Shown: positions 1 to 11,824 of the stretch, piece by piece | Position numbering within the stretch: position 1 is the stretch's first letter | Layout of the letters: each line of letters begins with the position of its first letter | Assembly: GCF_009914755.1 (NCBI RefSeq) | Contig: NC_060925.1 | Origin: the human T2T-CHM13v2.0 reference genome, Homo sapiens | Length of the DNA stretch: 64,000 bases | Direction: 5' to 3' (one strand) | The notes under the pieces: generated by a model | What the model was told of the DNA's origin: nothing | The model's input: only the letters and a program-made list of their open reading frames with translations | Databases searched by the model: none | Made by a program: the position numbers and the translations under genes

Positions 1-786
1 TCAGAGAGAGATTTATTAGAAGGAATTGGCTTATGTGATTATGGAGGCTGAGAAGCCCCAAGATCTGCAGGCAGCAAGCTGGAGACCCAGGAGAGCTGAT
101 GGTATAGTTGCAGTTTGAGACTGAAGGCCTGAGAACCAGGAGGGCCAATGGTGTAAGTTCTAGTCTGATAGCTGGCAGGCTGAAGACCCAAGAAGAGCTG
201 ATATTTCAGCTTGAGTCCAAAGGCCAGAAAAGACCAATGTCCAAGCTCTAGCAGTCAACAAAGACAATTCCCTCTTAGCCTTTTCATTCTATTCAGATCT
301 TCAACTGATTCGTTGAGGCCCACCCTCATTAGTGAGCACCATCTGCTTTACTCTGTGTACTGATGCTGATCTTATCTGGAGGCTGGGCTTGGTGGCTCAC
401 TCCTGTAATCCTAGCACTTTGGGAGGCTGAGGTGGGCGGATCACTTGAGGTAGGAGTTCAAGACCAGCCTGGCCAACATGGCGAAACCCCGTCTCTACTA
501 AAAATACAAAAATTAGCCAGGCATGGTGGCATGCACCTGTAATCCCAGCTACTTGGGAGGCTGAGACAGGAGAATCATTTGAACCTCAGAGGTGGAGGTT
601 GCAGTGAGCTGAGATCATGCCACCACACTCAAGCCTGGGCGACAGAGCAAGACTCCATCTCAAAAAAAAAAAAATCTTATCTGGAAACACACTCTCTCTC
701 TCACACACATACCCAGAATCATGTTTGGCCAAATATCTGGGCACCCCATAGTCCAGTCAAGTTGACACATAGAATTAACCATCACA
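1..786 (-). mobile_element. MLT2-type ERVL LTR (interrupted by an Alu)
   Basis: Ends in caagttgacacatagaattaaccatcaca, the reverse complement of the MLT2 5' terminus. Confidence 0.75.
381..673 (+). mobile_element. Alu (AluS-like) with 12-bp TSD
   Basis: Dimeric Alu plus A-tail; TSD atcttatctgga at 369-380 and 674-685. Confidence 0.93.
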
Positions 787-1009
787 CCCATGACCCATTG
801 AAGGGAAAGCCAAGCTTCTGAGGTTGGTGGGAGACTTCCTTTACATCATGCCCTGAGTTGCCACCTGCTGAAAGCAGAATTGCCAGGCCCCGAGTGATCT
901 GTGGTCTTATGGGGATGGGGCAAACTTGCTAAAAGGCAATGGGTTTCTTCAACAAGTACTGACATATCAGCTCTCAAAGAGCTCATAGGCTACCTGGTAT
1001 GGCCAAAAG

Positions 1010-1220
1010 AGCCTGGGCTTTAGGATCAATAGACCTGGGGTTCAAACTCCAGTTCTGCCCCTTAGTAGCTGTGTGACCACCAGGGAGTCACTTAACCTCT
1101 CTGATTCTGATTTTGCTTCTGTAAAAAGTGAATGCTCATAATGCCTTCCCTAGCGTCCTTGCAGGGCTGATGTGAGGATGACAGAGGATGGATAAGGAGT
1201 ACTGGCACGTGGTAGATGCA
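1010..1220 (+). mobile_element. MIR
   Basis: MIR core tagctgtgtgac...cacttaacctctctg...ctgtaaaa. Confidence 0.65.
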
Positions 1221-2049
1221 GAGTTAATTATTATGATGGTCTTAATGGGTGTCAGAGTTTCTGCATTGAACTAGCTGGGCTGAACTAGCTGGGCTTTTGA
1301 CTGCACTCCATGTGTGTGATTTTGCCCGTTTCACCACCACATCTCCAGTGCCTCTCCAGCCTCCTGGCCTAGGTGGAGTGTCCAGGTCTCGGGGAAAGGT
1401 TTGGGATTCTGATGACTGGCACATAGCCAGGACATCCGGAGAGCGGTGGATTCTCAGAAGACGGAGTATCAGGACGTAGGACAGTGATGCCTGGGAGGCA
1501 CCAAGGCCTCCTCTTTTCTTTCCTCCCTTCTCTGGAGCTGTTCAACTCAAAATAACTCATTTTGAGCCTCTGCCCAAAACTCTCGACCCAAGGGTAAGAG
1601 AATCAAAGACCTCAAGATGTTCAAGGACCAGAGCTGAACCAGGGAAGGCAAAACATCCTGAGCCAGGAAGAAAAAGCTGATTAGCTCCTAATTGCCGTTA
1701 AATTGTATATACATATACGTAGTTTAAGTCAAATCTCCATGTCTAATGTGATTTTTTTATTACATTTTAATAGTCTGGCTGGTATGGGGGAGTGGAGAAG
1801 GAAGGGTTCTGTCATCCTTTGCCAGAGGAGGGAAGTTATAAAAAGGACCACAGGGAGGCTCTGGCATGGGTTCACATCCCTGGGAGCCCCATCTGCTCTG
1901 GAGAGGAGTGAGGCCTGGCAGGGGCCTGGGGGTGTTTTTGAGGCAACACCACCTCCCACCAAAGCCCCATTCTGTCCAAATGGGGAAGTCCATCTGGCCT
2001 GTGACTTGAAGATTGGCTTTTCTCTTCAACTTCAAAAATGGCTCTCCCA

Positions 2050-2471
<422 letters not shown>

Positions 2472-4126
2472 TCATCCAGGAATCCTGGTCCTGCCACTGA
2501 TAAGATGATCTTGGGTTAGTCCCTTCTCCTTGACTGGACCTGGGGTCTCAGTTTCCCCATGTGTAAAATGAAGGCATTGGACAAGGTATACTCAGGTCTC
2601 TTCTGGGTCCAGTGGGCCATTAGCTACTTCCTGCTCATTGAACGATCCCTCTCCCCATCTCAGGGGAATAGGTGATTCCACACTCACCCACAGGGCATTT
2701 GCCAGCTCCCCCTGTCCAAGGTCCTTCTGCTTTCTCACTGGGTGCTGTCCTGCTACAACCTAAGCCAACTCTCCTTGGTTTCTCTCCTCGGAGGGCAGAG
2801 CCCTCCTCCCCTGCCTATTACAGTAATTCTTCAAAGAGTTGAAGGCTGTTAGCAAAATCCCTTCCCCACACATACACACATATTCTATTTTTAAATAACA
2901 TTTATTTCTGATTCTAAAAGTAAGGATATACCTGATCATTGCAGAAAAATTAGAAACAGACAAGTACAAAGGAGAAAATAAAAATCACCCATAATCCTCC
3001 CAAACAGGTTACTGCTATTAATGGGTTTTTAAATGCATATAGATGTGCTTTTTTTTTTTCTGTTATAAAGCTGGGATTTGACTGCAGATATGGCTTTGGA
3101 TTTCCACAAGCCTGGGCTTGAAAGTGGGTGAAGTCTTTCCTTATGAGGCTCCCTAGGGCCTGTTCTCTTTTAAGCAGCTGCCTCGGTTGCCTTTCCCAAG
3201 AGGAGGATGGTTGGTTTCGTGGATATGCGTCCACCTTGATTCATGGGCCCCGGCAAGGCCCAGAGTTTAATTTTTGACTACCTCTGAGTGTGCCTGTATG
3301 TGTGAGAGAGAGACAGAGACAGAGGCAGAGAGAAAGGGCATTGGTCACTGAGAAGAACATTCCCAGGGCCCAGAAAGGCCTGATCACAGCCCCTACTCTA
3401 CCCCACCTCACTCCACCCCCATGGCCACAGTCCTCCTAGTCCTACTCTGGGCTTTGTCTGAATCAATGACAGCTACTGCAGGAACCACCTTGGTTCCTTT
3501 CCACGGAGCAGCTGGAGCTCCTTGCTAAGCTAATCAATTCCCATCATTTGAGGAAGGAAAACAAATTTACAATTTGCTGCCCATCCTACCAGCTGTGGAG
3601 GGGCCTGCGGAGGGAGGTGCTGGCTGAGGCATTCGTGTTCCACCCTTACCAGCCCAGCCTCAGTTTGGTGCGAGGGACTCTCAGATGGCTCTTGCCCTAC
3701 TCGGGCTGCAGACTGGGAGGTGGGAAGGGCTAGCTGGGGTTTCTTGGAGACTCCAGGGGTGGCACAGCTGGAAGGACCTGGGCTTTTACCATCCCGCTCT
3801 GAGATAGGGGAGACAGAGCCCCAAGAAGGGCAGGACATACCCAGGGCCACCCAGAAAGCTGGTGGCTGGGCCAGGCCTGGAGACACGTGGGTTGACCACC
3901 AGTCTGGTGTGATGCCCTTGTGGCACTTTTCATGTTGGGGGCAGACTGAGAAGGCAGGCACGGGGTGGGGAGGGTGCATGATAGACCAAGAACTCATCAA
4001 ATCCACTTCCTGCCTTGTCCATTTCACACTCTTCCAGATCCTTCCCAACCCGGAGGAAGCTATATCCCCTGCCTATGCTTATGTGGCTTGGGATCTGACT
4101 GCCCTTTCTGTCCAGGGGAAAGTTCT

Positions 4127-4778
4127 TTTTTTAAAAAAAATTAAAATTTTAAAAAATTTTTCCATAGGTTATTGGGGTACAGGTGGTACTTGGTTACATA
4201 AGTTCTTTAGTGCTGATTTGTGAGATTTTGGTGTACCCATCACCCAAGCAGTATACACTGCACCCTATTTGTAGTCTTTTATCCCTTGCCCCCTCACCCT
4301 TCCCCCCAAGTCCCCAAAATCCATTGTATCATTCTTTTTTTTAGACGGAGTCTTGCTCTGTCGTCGCCCAGGCTGGAGTGCAGTGGTGCGATCTGGGCTC
4401 ACTGCAAGCTCCGCCTCCCAGGTTCAGGCCATTCTCTTGCCTCAGCCCCCCGAGTAGCTGGGACTACAGGCGCCTGCAACCACGCCCAGCTAATTTTTTG
4501 TATTTTTAGTAGAGACGGGGTTTCACTGTGTCAGCCAGGACGGTCTCGATCTCCTGACCTCGTGATCCGCCCACCTCGGCCTCCCAGAGTGCCGGGATTA
4601 CAGGCATGAGCCACCGCACCCGGCCCATTGTATCATTCTTATGCTTTTGCGTCCTCATAGCTTAGCTCCCACGTATCAGTGAGAACATACGATGCTTGGT
4701 TTTCCATTTCTGAGTTACTTCACTCAGAATAATAGTCTCTAATCTCATCCAGGTTGCTGTGAATGCTGTTAATTCATT
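4127..4778 (-). mobile_element. 5'-truncated L1 3' end with 18-bp TSD
   Basis: L1 3' sequence (ORF2 C-terminus-like WMRLETIILSEVTQKWK on - strand); TSD tgtccaggggaaagttct at 4109-4126 and 4779-4796. Confidence 0.85.
4337..4624 (-). mobile_element. AluY-like element nested in L1
   Basis: Antisense Alu; TSD ccattgtatcattctt on both sides. Confidence 0.9.
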
Positions 4779-5079
4779 TGTCCAGGGGAAAGTTCTATTG
4801 AATACCTCACCCAAGTTCATCGGAGACTCCTTTTCCTTCTTTGTCTCAACAAATATCTGACTGCCCCCCCTCCCCAAGGGTGTTTTAGGCCACGAGAAGC
4901 CAGCAGGGAATATGACAGCCAAGTAAGTCCCTGCTCCCTTAAAGCTCACATCTACCCGCCTGTGGGGCTCTCACTGGGAGGTGGAGTGGCTGGGCCCAAT
5001 TTTCTGGTCACTTAAATCCAGCAAATGCTGTCTGCAGGGTATGGAGCCACACATACAGAACAAGGCTTCACTGCAATTG

Positions 5080-5600
5080 TTCCAGTTGCTATTGCTATGT
5101 AACAAAACATCCCAGAGTGCAGAGATGTATAATAACTATCGTGCATTCCGCGGGTCAGGACAGGGCACAGGAGAGGATGGCTGAGCTCTACTCTGTGGTA
5201 TCTGGGCCTCGGCTGGAAAGACTTCAAGGCTAGTGGTTACTCAATGACCGGGGGCTGGAATTGTCTGCAGCAGCGTCGCTCACATGCTCACATCACATGG
5301 TGGTTGATGCTGGCTGTCAGGTTGGTTGTCAGCAGGAAGTCCTACGAGTGATCTCTCTGCATGGGCTAGTTTGGACATTCTCGTAACACAGTGGCTGATC
5401 CCAAGGATGAGCGTCCGAAGAGAGCCAGAAGGAAGCTGCATCTTCCTTTATTTCCTAATGCCTGCATTCCTTCCCCTTGAATCTGGGTGGGCTGGTGATT
5501 TTGGCAGCCTTGCCTGCTTGATGGGAGGAGTGTCAAAGTCACATCATGAGATAAGCATGTGAGATGGCAGATATTGTTGCAGCCATCTTTGGAAAACACA
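5080..5600. mobile_element. Old MLT1-type MaLR LTR
   Basis: ctattgctatgtaacaaaacatccc...gcagccatctttggaaa, typical of old MLT1. Confidence 0.55.
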
Positions 5601-7930
5601 GCCAGGTACATGTATCTGTTAGGGGTTCCAGCCTTTGGAGGGAAGTAGCATATGAAAGAATAGTAGCTGTCATTTCCCAAGCACTTATACCTACCAGGCA
5701 CCGTACTCAGTCTGTTGTGTACGCCATCCTTCTGACAGTTTCTGCGGTGAGTACTGTTATACCCGTTCTGCAGATGGGGAGACTGAAGCTCATCAAAGTT
5801 ACACTGCCTGCCCTAAATCTTACAATTGGGATTTGCACCCAAGTCTGTCTGCCTCCAAAGCCGTAGCTCTTAACACGCTGCTACACTGCCTCTCCCTCCC
5901 TTCCCCGCAGTAATTTTTACCAGGCAAAATCTAGTGAGGATGGCGAGAAGCTTAGACAGGAAGCTGGGGGGTTCAGATCTGGGAAAGCTTCTTGGAAGAG
6001 GTAACGCTTGAGCAAGGACTTGCATGATGAATTCAATGTGGACCCCTAGGGGACGGGGATGGCATTCCTGGTGGAATAGCAATGGGATCAAGGGGCCTTC
6101 AGATCACCCAAGGAGTGTTGCTGTGACCCAGAATCCTGGCCTTTGACCCCCTGCAACACCAACACACTGTAAACTGTACTCCCCACAAGGCAGGCTGAGG
6201 CACGGGCAGGATGGATGGGTTTAGTTCCCAGAAAACTGCAAACACGGCCCCTCCCCTCTCCACCTTATTCCCATCAGCTTTCTTCTTCTAAGGCCAAGAA
6301 TCGGGCAGAGGCTCCCACACTCACCTCCACATGCAGACTTGGTTTTTCCCTTTGGAGATGGGGTGAGTCTGAGCTGCCTCCAGTGCGAATACAAATCGGG
6401 ACTCAGAGCAGTTACCATCCCCTCGGCAAGCTGGCAGGCTCGTGTTAGGGCGTTGCAAATGGGAAGTTTAATTATTTCATTAATACGAATCTTGCATATT
6501 ACAGGAGCAATTCCCACCCCTTCCAGGCCTCTCTCCTGCAAGTCTTCCGCTGCGCACCCCTCCTCTCCCCCACATCCTCAGTCATTCTTCCTTTCTGTTT
6601 CTTCTTTTGTTTCCCTATTTGCATCTCAGTCTCTCCCTCATCCCCCACCATTCCACTCTCCCTTCGGTCTCTCTCCTCTTTTCCTCTGTCTCTGTCTCTG
6701 TTTCCCTCCTTCCGTCACCTCCTCTTGCTTACTTTCTCTGGACTGACGACAGCCTCTCTTCCTGGACAGATCATCTAATTGAAATGGAGCACTCCAAAGA
6801 ATGTTAATAGGAAAGGCAGCATTAATTAGCTAGCGCTAGCACAATTAGCTTCCTCCTCTTACCGCCTAGCATCTAACTGGATAATGAGTCTCTCTCTGTC
6901 CAGAGGGCAGGCAGGACAAAGGGGATAGGCCATGCCGGGGATGCCGGAAAGCCTCCTCTCTTTGGGCCACCCCGCTGGAGTCCTCGGGCTGCCCAGCCCT
7001 GCCCTCTCCTGCCAGGCCCTCCTGCTGCTGCACTCAAGTCTCTGGGAGGCAGATGCCTGGCCCCTGCCCATGCCCAAAGGTTTGATGTTGCTGGAGCTGC
7101 ATATTAAGTGGCCCGAGCCTGACAAACAGTGCTGCAGCTGCAGCACCCCATAGAAGGGGTGGGAAGCTACTGAGGGTTCTCCAGGAGAGCCGTGACAGGC
7201 ACCTAGCCCTGGCACAGTTCCTGGGCAATGGCTGAGCATGTTACAGTCCCCAGCCGGGAGCAGGGAAATCTGCTTACGTGACTGATAACTAACATACTAC
7301 ACAGACTGCAGAGTACTTCCACCTTTGACTCCACAGTCGTACGAGGCAGCAATGGCCACTTCTATTTTATAGATGAGGACTCTGAAGTTCAGGGAGGCTC
7401 ACTGCCTTGCTGATACTCATACTGCCAGGATCCAAATCAGGGTCTGCCTGATTCCAAAGATCATGCTCTTTCCCTTGCACCCTGATACTTCCTAGAAGTA
7501 CTTTACAGCTGCTCATTAAATGAGAGTGGTTGCAGTGGAGTTACATCTTACATTGGCCTTGAGTTCTAAAGTCAGAGGATGCAGCAAGCATTAGAAAATT
7601 GTGTAGTCAGATTTTTTTTTTAAATCCCTCACCCCAGGAGAAACATCTTTTCTGTTTGCAATTGTTCTGCGATTTTCCTTTTTTCTGTGGCCTCAAAAGC
7701 CAAGACCCAAAAGGGAGAAGTGATGGGCAAATAACAGGAATTTTCTCTGTATTTTTTACCGGTGGTTTAATTCAGTTGTGTTGATGCATGCTTGATGCAA
7801 TTCCATTGCAGTATTAGTATTTGGTTATGAGTGGACAGGGTTGGTACCTAGGGCTGGGCGAACTGCACCACAGGGCACCTTCCCCTCACTGTCTCTCTAG
7901 CCTGCTGACCCTCTCCCTCTCCTGCAGACT

Positions 7931-9026
7931 ATGGACACGGAGGATGACCCCTTGCTGCAGGATGTGTGGCTAGAGGAGGAGCAGGAGGAGGAAGAAGCAA
8001 CGGGTGAAACCTTTTTAGGGGCCCAGAAGCCAGGGCCCCAACCTGGGGCAGGGGGACAGTGTTGCTGGCGGCACTGGCCCCTGGCTTCCCGACCCCCAGC
8101 TTCGGGCTTCTGGAGTACCCTGGGCTGGGCCTTCACCAATCCGTGCTGTGCTGGGCTGGTGCTCTTCCTGGGCTGCAGCATCCCCATGGCCCTGTCAGCC
8201 TTCATGTTCCTTTACTACCCACCGCTGGACATTGACATCTCCTACAACGCCTTTGAGATCCGCAACCACGAGGCCTCACAGCGTTTCGACGCTCTCACTC
8301 TGGCGCTTAAGTCCCAGTTTGGATCCTGGGGGCGGAACCGGCGCGATTTGGCCGACTTCACCTCCGAGACGCTTCAGCGCCTTATCTCAGAGCAGCTGCA
8401 GCAGCTGCATCTCGGCAACCGCTCGCGGCAAGCCTCCCGAGCCCCCCGCGTCATCCCCGCGGCCTCACTCGGTGGCCCAGGCCCTTACCGGGACACTTCC
8501 GCGGCTCAAAAGCCCACAGCCAATCGGAGCGGGCGACTTCGGCGTGAGACCCCGCCCCTGGAGGATCTGGCAGCCAACCAGAGTGAAGACCCGCGAAACC
8601 AGCGGCTGAGCAAGAATGGGCGGTACCAGCCCAGCATCCCGCCCCACGCGGCAGTCGCGGCCAATCAGAGCCGTGCCCGCCGAGGCGCCTCGCGCTGGGA
8701 CTACTCGCGCGCCTATGTGAGTGCCAACACTCAGACGCACGCGCACTGGCGCATCGAGCTCATCTTCCTGGCGCGCGGCGACGCGGAGCGCAACATTTTC
8801 ACCAGTGAGCGCCTGGTCACGATCCATGAGATCGAGCGCAAGATCATGGACCACCCAGGCTTCCGGGAGTTCTGCTGGAAGCCCCACGAGGTGCTCAAGG
8901 ATCTGCCGCTGGGCTCCTACTCCTACTGCTCGCCCCCCAGCTCGCTCATGACCTACTTTTTTCCCACCGAGAGGGGCGGCAAGATCTACTATGACGGCAT
9001 GGGCCAGGACCTGGCGGACATCCGGG
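7931..9026 (+). CDS. DISP3: DISP3 coding exon 1/20 (N-terminus, TM1, start of extracellular domain 1)
   Basis: Acceptor ctcctgcag|ACT ATG at 7928/7931; ORF 7931..; donor G|gtgagc at 9027; 1096 nt, phase 1. Confidence 0.96.
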
Positions 9027-9060
9027 GTGAGCCGCCGGGATGCTGGGAGGGGGCGTAGGT
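8270..9060. promoter_or_regulatory. Intragenic CpG-island-like segment within coding exon 1
   Basis: Visibly dense CpG/CGCG content compared with the flanks; CCAAT boxes at 8520 and 8661. Confidence 0.7.
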
Positions 9061-9615
9061 CCAGGTTTCATACAGCTCTTTATGGAGATTTGGCCCAGGC
9101 CAGGCCCAGGCCCAGGCCCAGGCCCAGTCAGTCTGGAACTGAGTCCTGGGCATGGCTGGAGGGCAAGGTGAAAAGGGCTGGGCTCAGGTGTGAGATGAGC
9201 GTAAGAGGGAACTGAAGAGGGAAGCTTGGACGCAGACCCAGGTGAAGGATGGTGGGGGGTTCTGCTGTGGTCAGAGGTAGAGAAATCGTGGGGTGGGCCT
9301 CGGGTGTGAGGCTGGTTAAGAAAAGGGCCAGGATGTGGTTATACAGAACCAGAAATCTGGCCATAGGAAGACAGGAGAAATGATTGGGGTTGAAGAAGAC
9401 TGAGATAGGGTTCGTTTTAGGTAAATTAGGGATGGGGCTTGAGGAAGGGTGGGGCAGGGTCAGAGAGAGGTTGTGGGGCCTGGGGTGGAGTTTTGGTGGA
9501 TATGGACAGGGGGAATCCTGGGAGGCAGGGCTGCAATGAGACTGGATGACCTTGAGGGAGGGTTGGTGGGAGCTGACCAGCTGAACTCTTGGGGCCCCCA
9601 CCCCTGTCCTTGCAG

Positions 9616-9835
9616 GCTCCCTGGAGCTGGCCATGACTCACCCTGAGTTCTACTGGTATGTGGATGAGGGCCTCTCTGCAGACAATCTGAAGAGCTCCCT
9701 CCTGCGCAGTGAGATCCTGTTTGGAGCACCCCTGCCCAACTACTACTCAGTAGATGACCGCTGGGAGGAACAACGGGCTAAGTTTCAGAGCTTCGTGGTC
9801 ACCTACGTGGCCATGCTGGCCAAGCAGTCTACCAG
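9616..9835 (+). CDS. DISP3: DISP3 coding exon 2/20
   Basis: ttgcag|GCTCC...ACCAG|gtagga; GSLELAMTHPEFYWY...AKQST; 220 nt. Confidence 0.95.
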
Positions 9836-10170
9836 GTAGGAAGTCCAGCTGCATCCTGTGTGTGCATGCCCATTTTTGATTTCCAATTGCCTCTTACTCT
9901 TAAACCCCATATCCCTTTCCCTATAATCTTTTCCTTTGGAAGTCTTTCTTTCCAAATTGGGGCAGAACCAAGTACATCCTTGCAGTCTCTCTGACAAATG
10001 GAAGTACGCTTTGCTTGATCAGTGCTAATAGTTGGTGAACATGACAGCTTTGGGCCAGGTAGGAAATCCTAGACTCTGCCCTGGAGGTCTTGGGTATTGA
10101 TTTTTCTCCTGAGATGGTGCTCGAGGTCTTTCTGGAAAGAGTATTGGCCAGGGAATAAGGAGTTCCTCAC

Positions 10171-10706
10171 TGTATTAGTCAGGGTTCTCAAGAGAGATGG
10201 AACCAGTAGGATAGATAGAGAGAGGGATATGTGAGAGGAGATTTATTAGAGGAATTGGCTCATGCAATTATGAAGGCTAAGTCTCATGACATACCATCTG
10301 CAAGATGCTGCAAGACCTTTGGATGCTGGTAGTATAGCTCAGTCCAAATTTGAAGGCCTCAGAACTAGGGAAACTAATGGTGTAATTCTTCGTTCAAGAC
10401 CAAAGGCCTGGGAACCCCAGGGACTGCTGGCATAAGTCCTGGAGTCCGAAGGCCAGAGAGCGTAGAGTTTTGATGTCCAGGGGCAGGAGAAGAGTGTCCC
10501 AGCTCCAGGGGGGAAAGAGAGAGAGGAAATCACCTTTCTGCCCTTTCATTCTATCCTGGCCCCCATCCAGTTGGACAGTGCCCACCCCAGCCACTGAGAT
10601 GCCAGTCTCCTCTGGGAAAACCCACACAGACACACCCAGAGGCAATGCTTTATGAGTTCTCTCCATATTCCTTAATCCAACCACATTGACACCTAAAATT
10701 AACCAC
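10171..10706 (-). mobile_element. MLT2-type ERVL LTR
   Basis: Termini tgtattagtcagggttctc...ttgacacctaaaattaaccaca. Confidence 0.8.
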
Positions 10707-11422
10707 ACTTCCTGCCTCTAATACCCAGGGAGGTAATGGGCAAGTCACGTCACTTCTCTGGGTGTCAGTGTTCCTATCGTTAAAATGGAGAACACGATTC
10801 TGGCTGCCCTCTGGAGTCACTAAGAGATGAGCTAACAGATGTGACGGTGCTTTGGGGTGGAAGGTGCTTGGGGATGGTGTGCCCAGGAGTACAACTGGGT
10901 CCCTCCCCACCAGAACAGAGCAGCAGTCCTTCTGGGCAGTAACTGTAGTGCTTTCCCAGTCCCCCACCCTGATAGGCCAGTCCCAGGCACAGGAGGAATC
11001 ATCTGCCTGAAACACCCTCATTCCTTCCACTGCTTATCCTTTATATTGAGCAACTGCTGGAATAATCAGAGCTAATGTTTATTGAGCACTTACACTGTGC
11101 CACACACTGTTCGAAACCCTTTATACATACCAGCTCATTTAATTCTCACACCAACCCAATGAGGTGAGTGCTGTTATGATTATCTCCATTTTATAGTTGA
11201 GGAAACTGAGACATGGCAATTAGGTAAGTTGTCCACAATTTTAAAGCTCATCAGTGGTGGAATGAGATTCAAATCCAGACCCTCACCCTTTGTGTTTTTG
11301 TGCCAGTTATTGCACTGGGAGCCTTCTCCCTGCCTTATTTCTTTGTCAGGCAAGCTCCTATTCATCTATTAAGATCCAGCTTGGGCAACATTGCCCAGAG
11401 GCTGGACTAAATGCCCACTACC

Positions 11423-11824
11423 TGCTATGGTTTGGATATGCTTTGTCCCCCGCAAAACTCAGTGCAGCTGTGTTGAGAGGTGGGGCCTAGTGGAAGATGT
11501 TTGGGTCATGGGGGTGGATCCTTCATAAATAGATTAATGCCATCTTGTGGGAGTGAGCTAGTTCTCACTCTTGCAGGAATGGATTAGTTCCTGAGAGAGC
11601 AGGTTGTTATAAAGCGAGGTTCCTCCTCTTTTTTGGTCCCTTTTGCCTGTTCCCCCTTTGACCTTCCTTCGTGTTATGATGCAGCACAAAAGCCTTCACC
11701 AGAAGCCAATGCCATGCTGTTGAACTTCCCAGCCTGCAGAACCATGAACTAAATAAACCTCTTTTCTTTATAAATTACCCAGTCTCAGGTATTCTGTTAT
11801 AGCAACATAAATCAGACTGAGACA
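11423..11824 (+). mobile_element. MST-type MaLR solo LTR with 5-bp TSD
   Basis: tgctatggtttgg...ctgagaca flanked by ctacc/ctacc. Confidence 0.8.

Noticed and set aside
8148-8951. Alternative-frame and antisense ORFs overlapping coding exon 1
   Set aside because: Expected shadows of GC-rich coding sequence, with no independent support
9091-9127. (GGCCCA)n hexamer run after coding exon 1
   Set aside because: Short microsatellite (~6 units) with no further supportable significance
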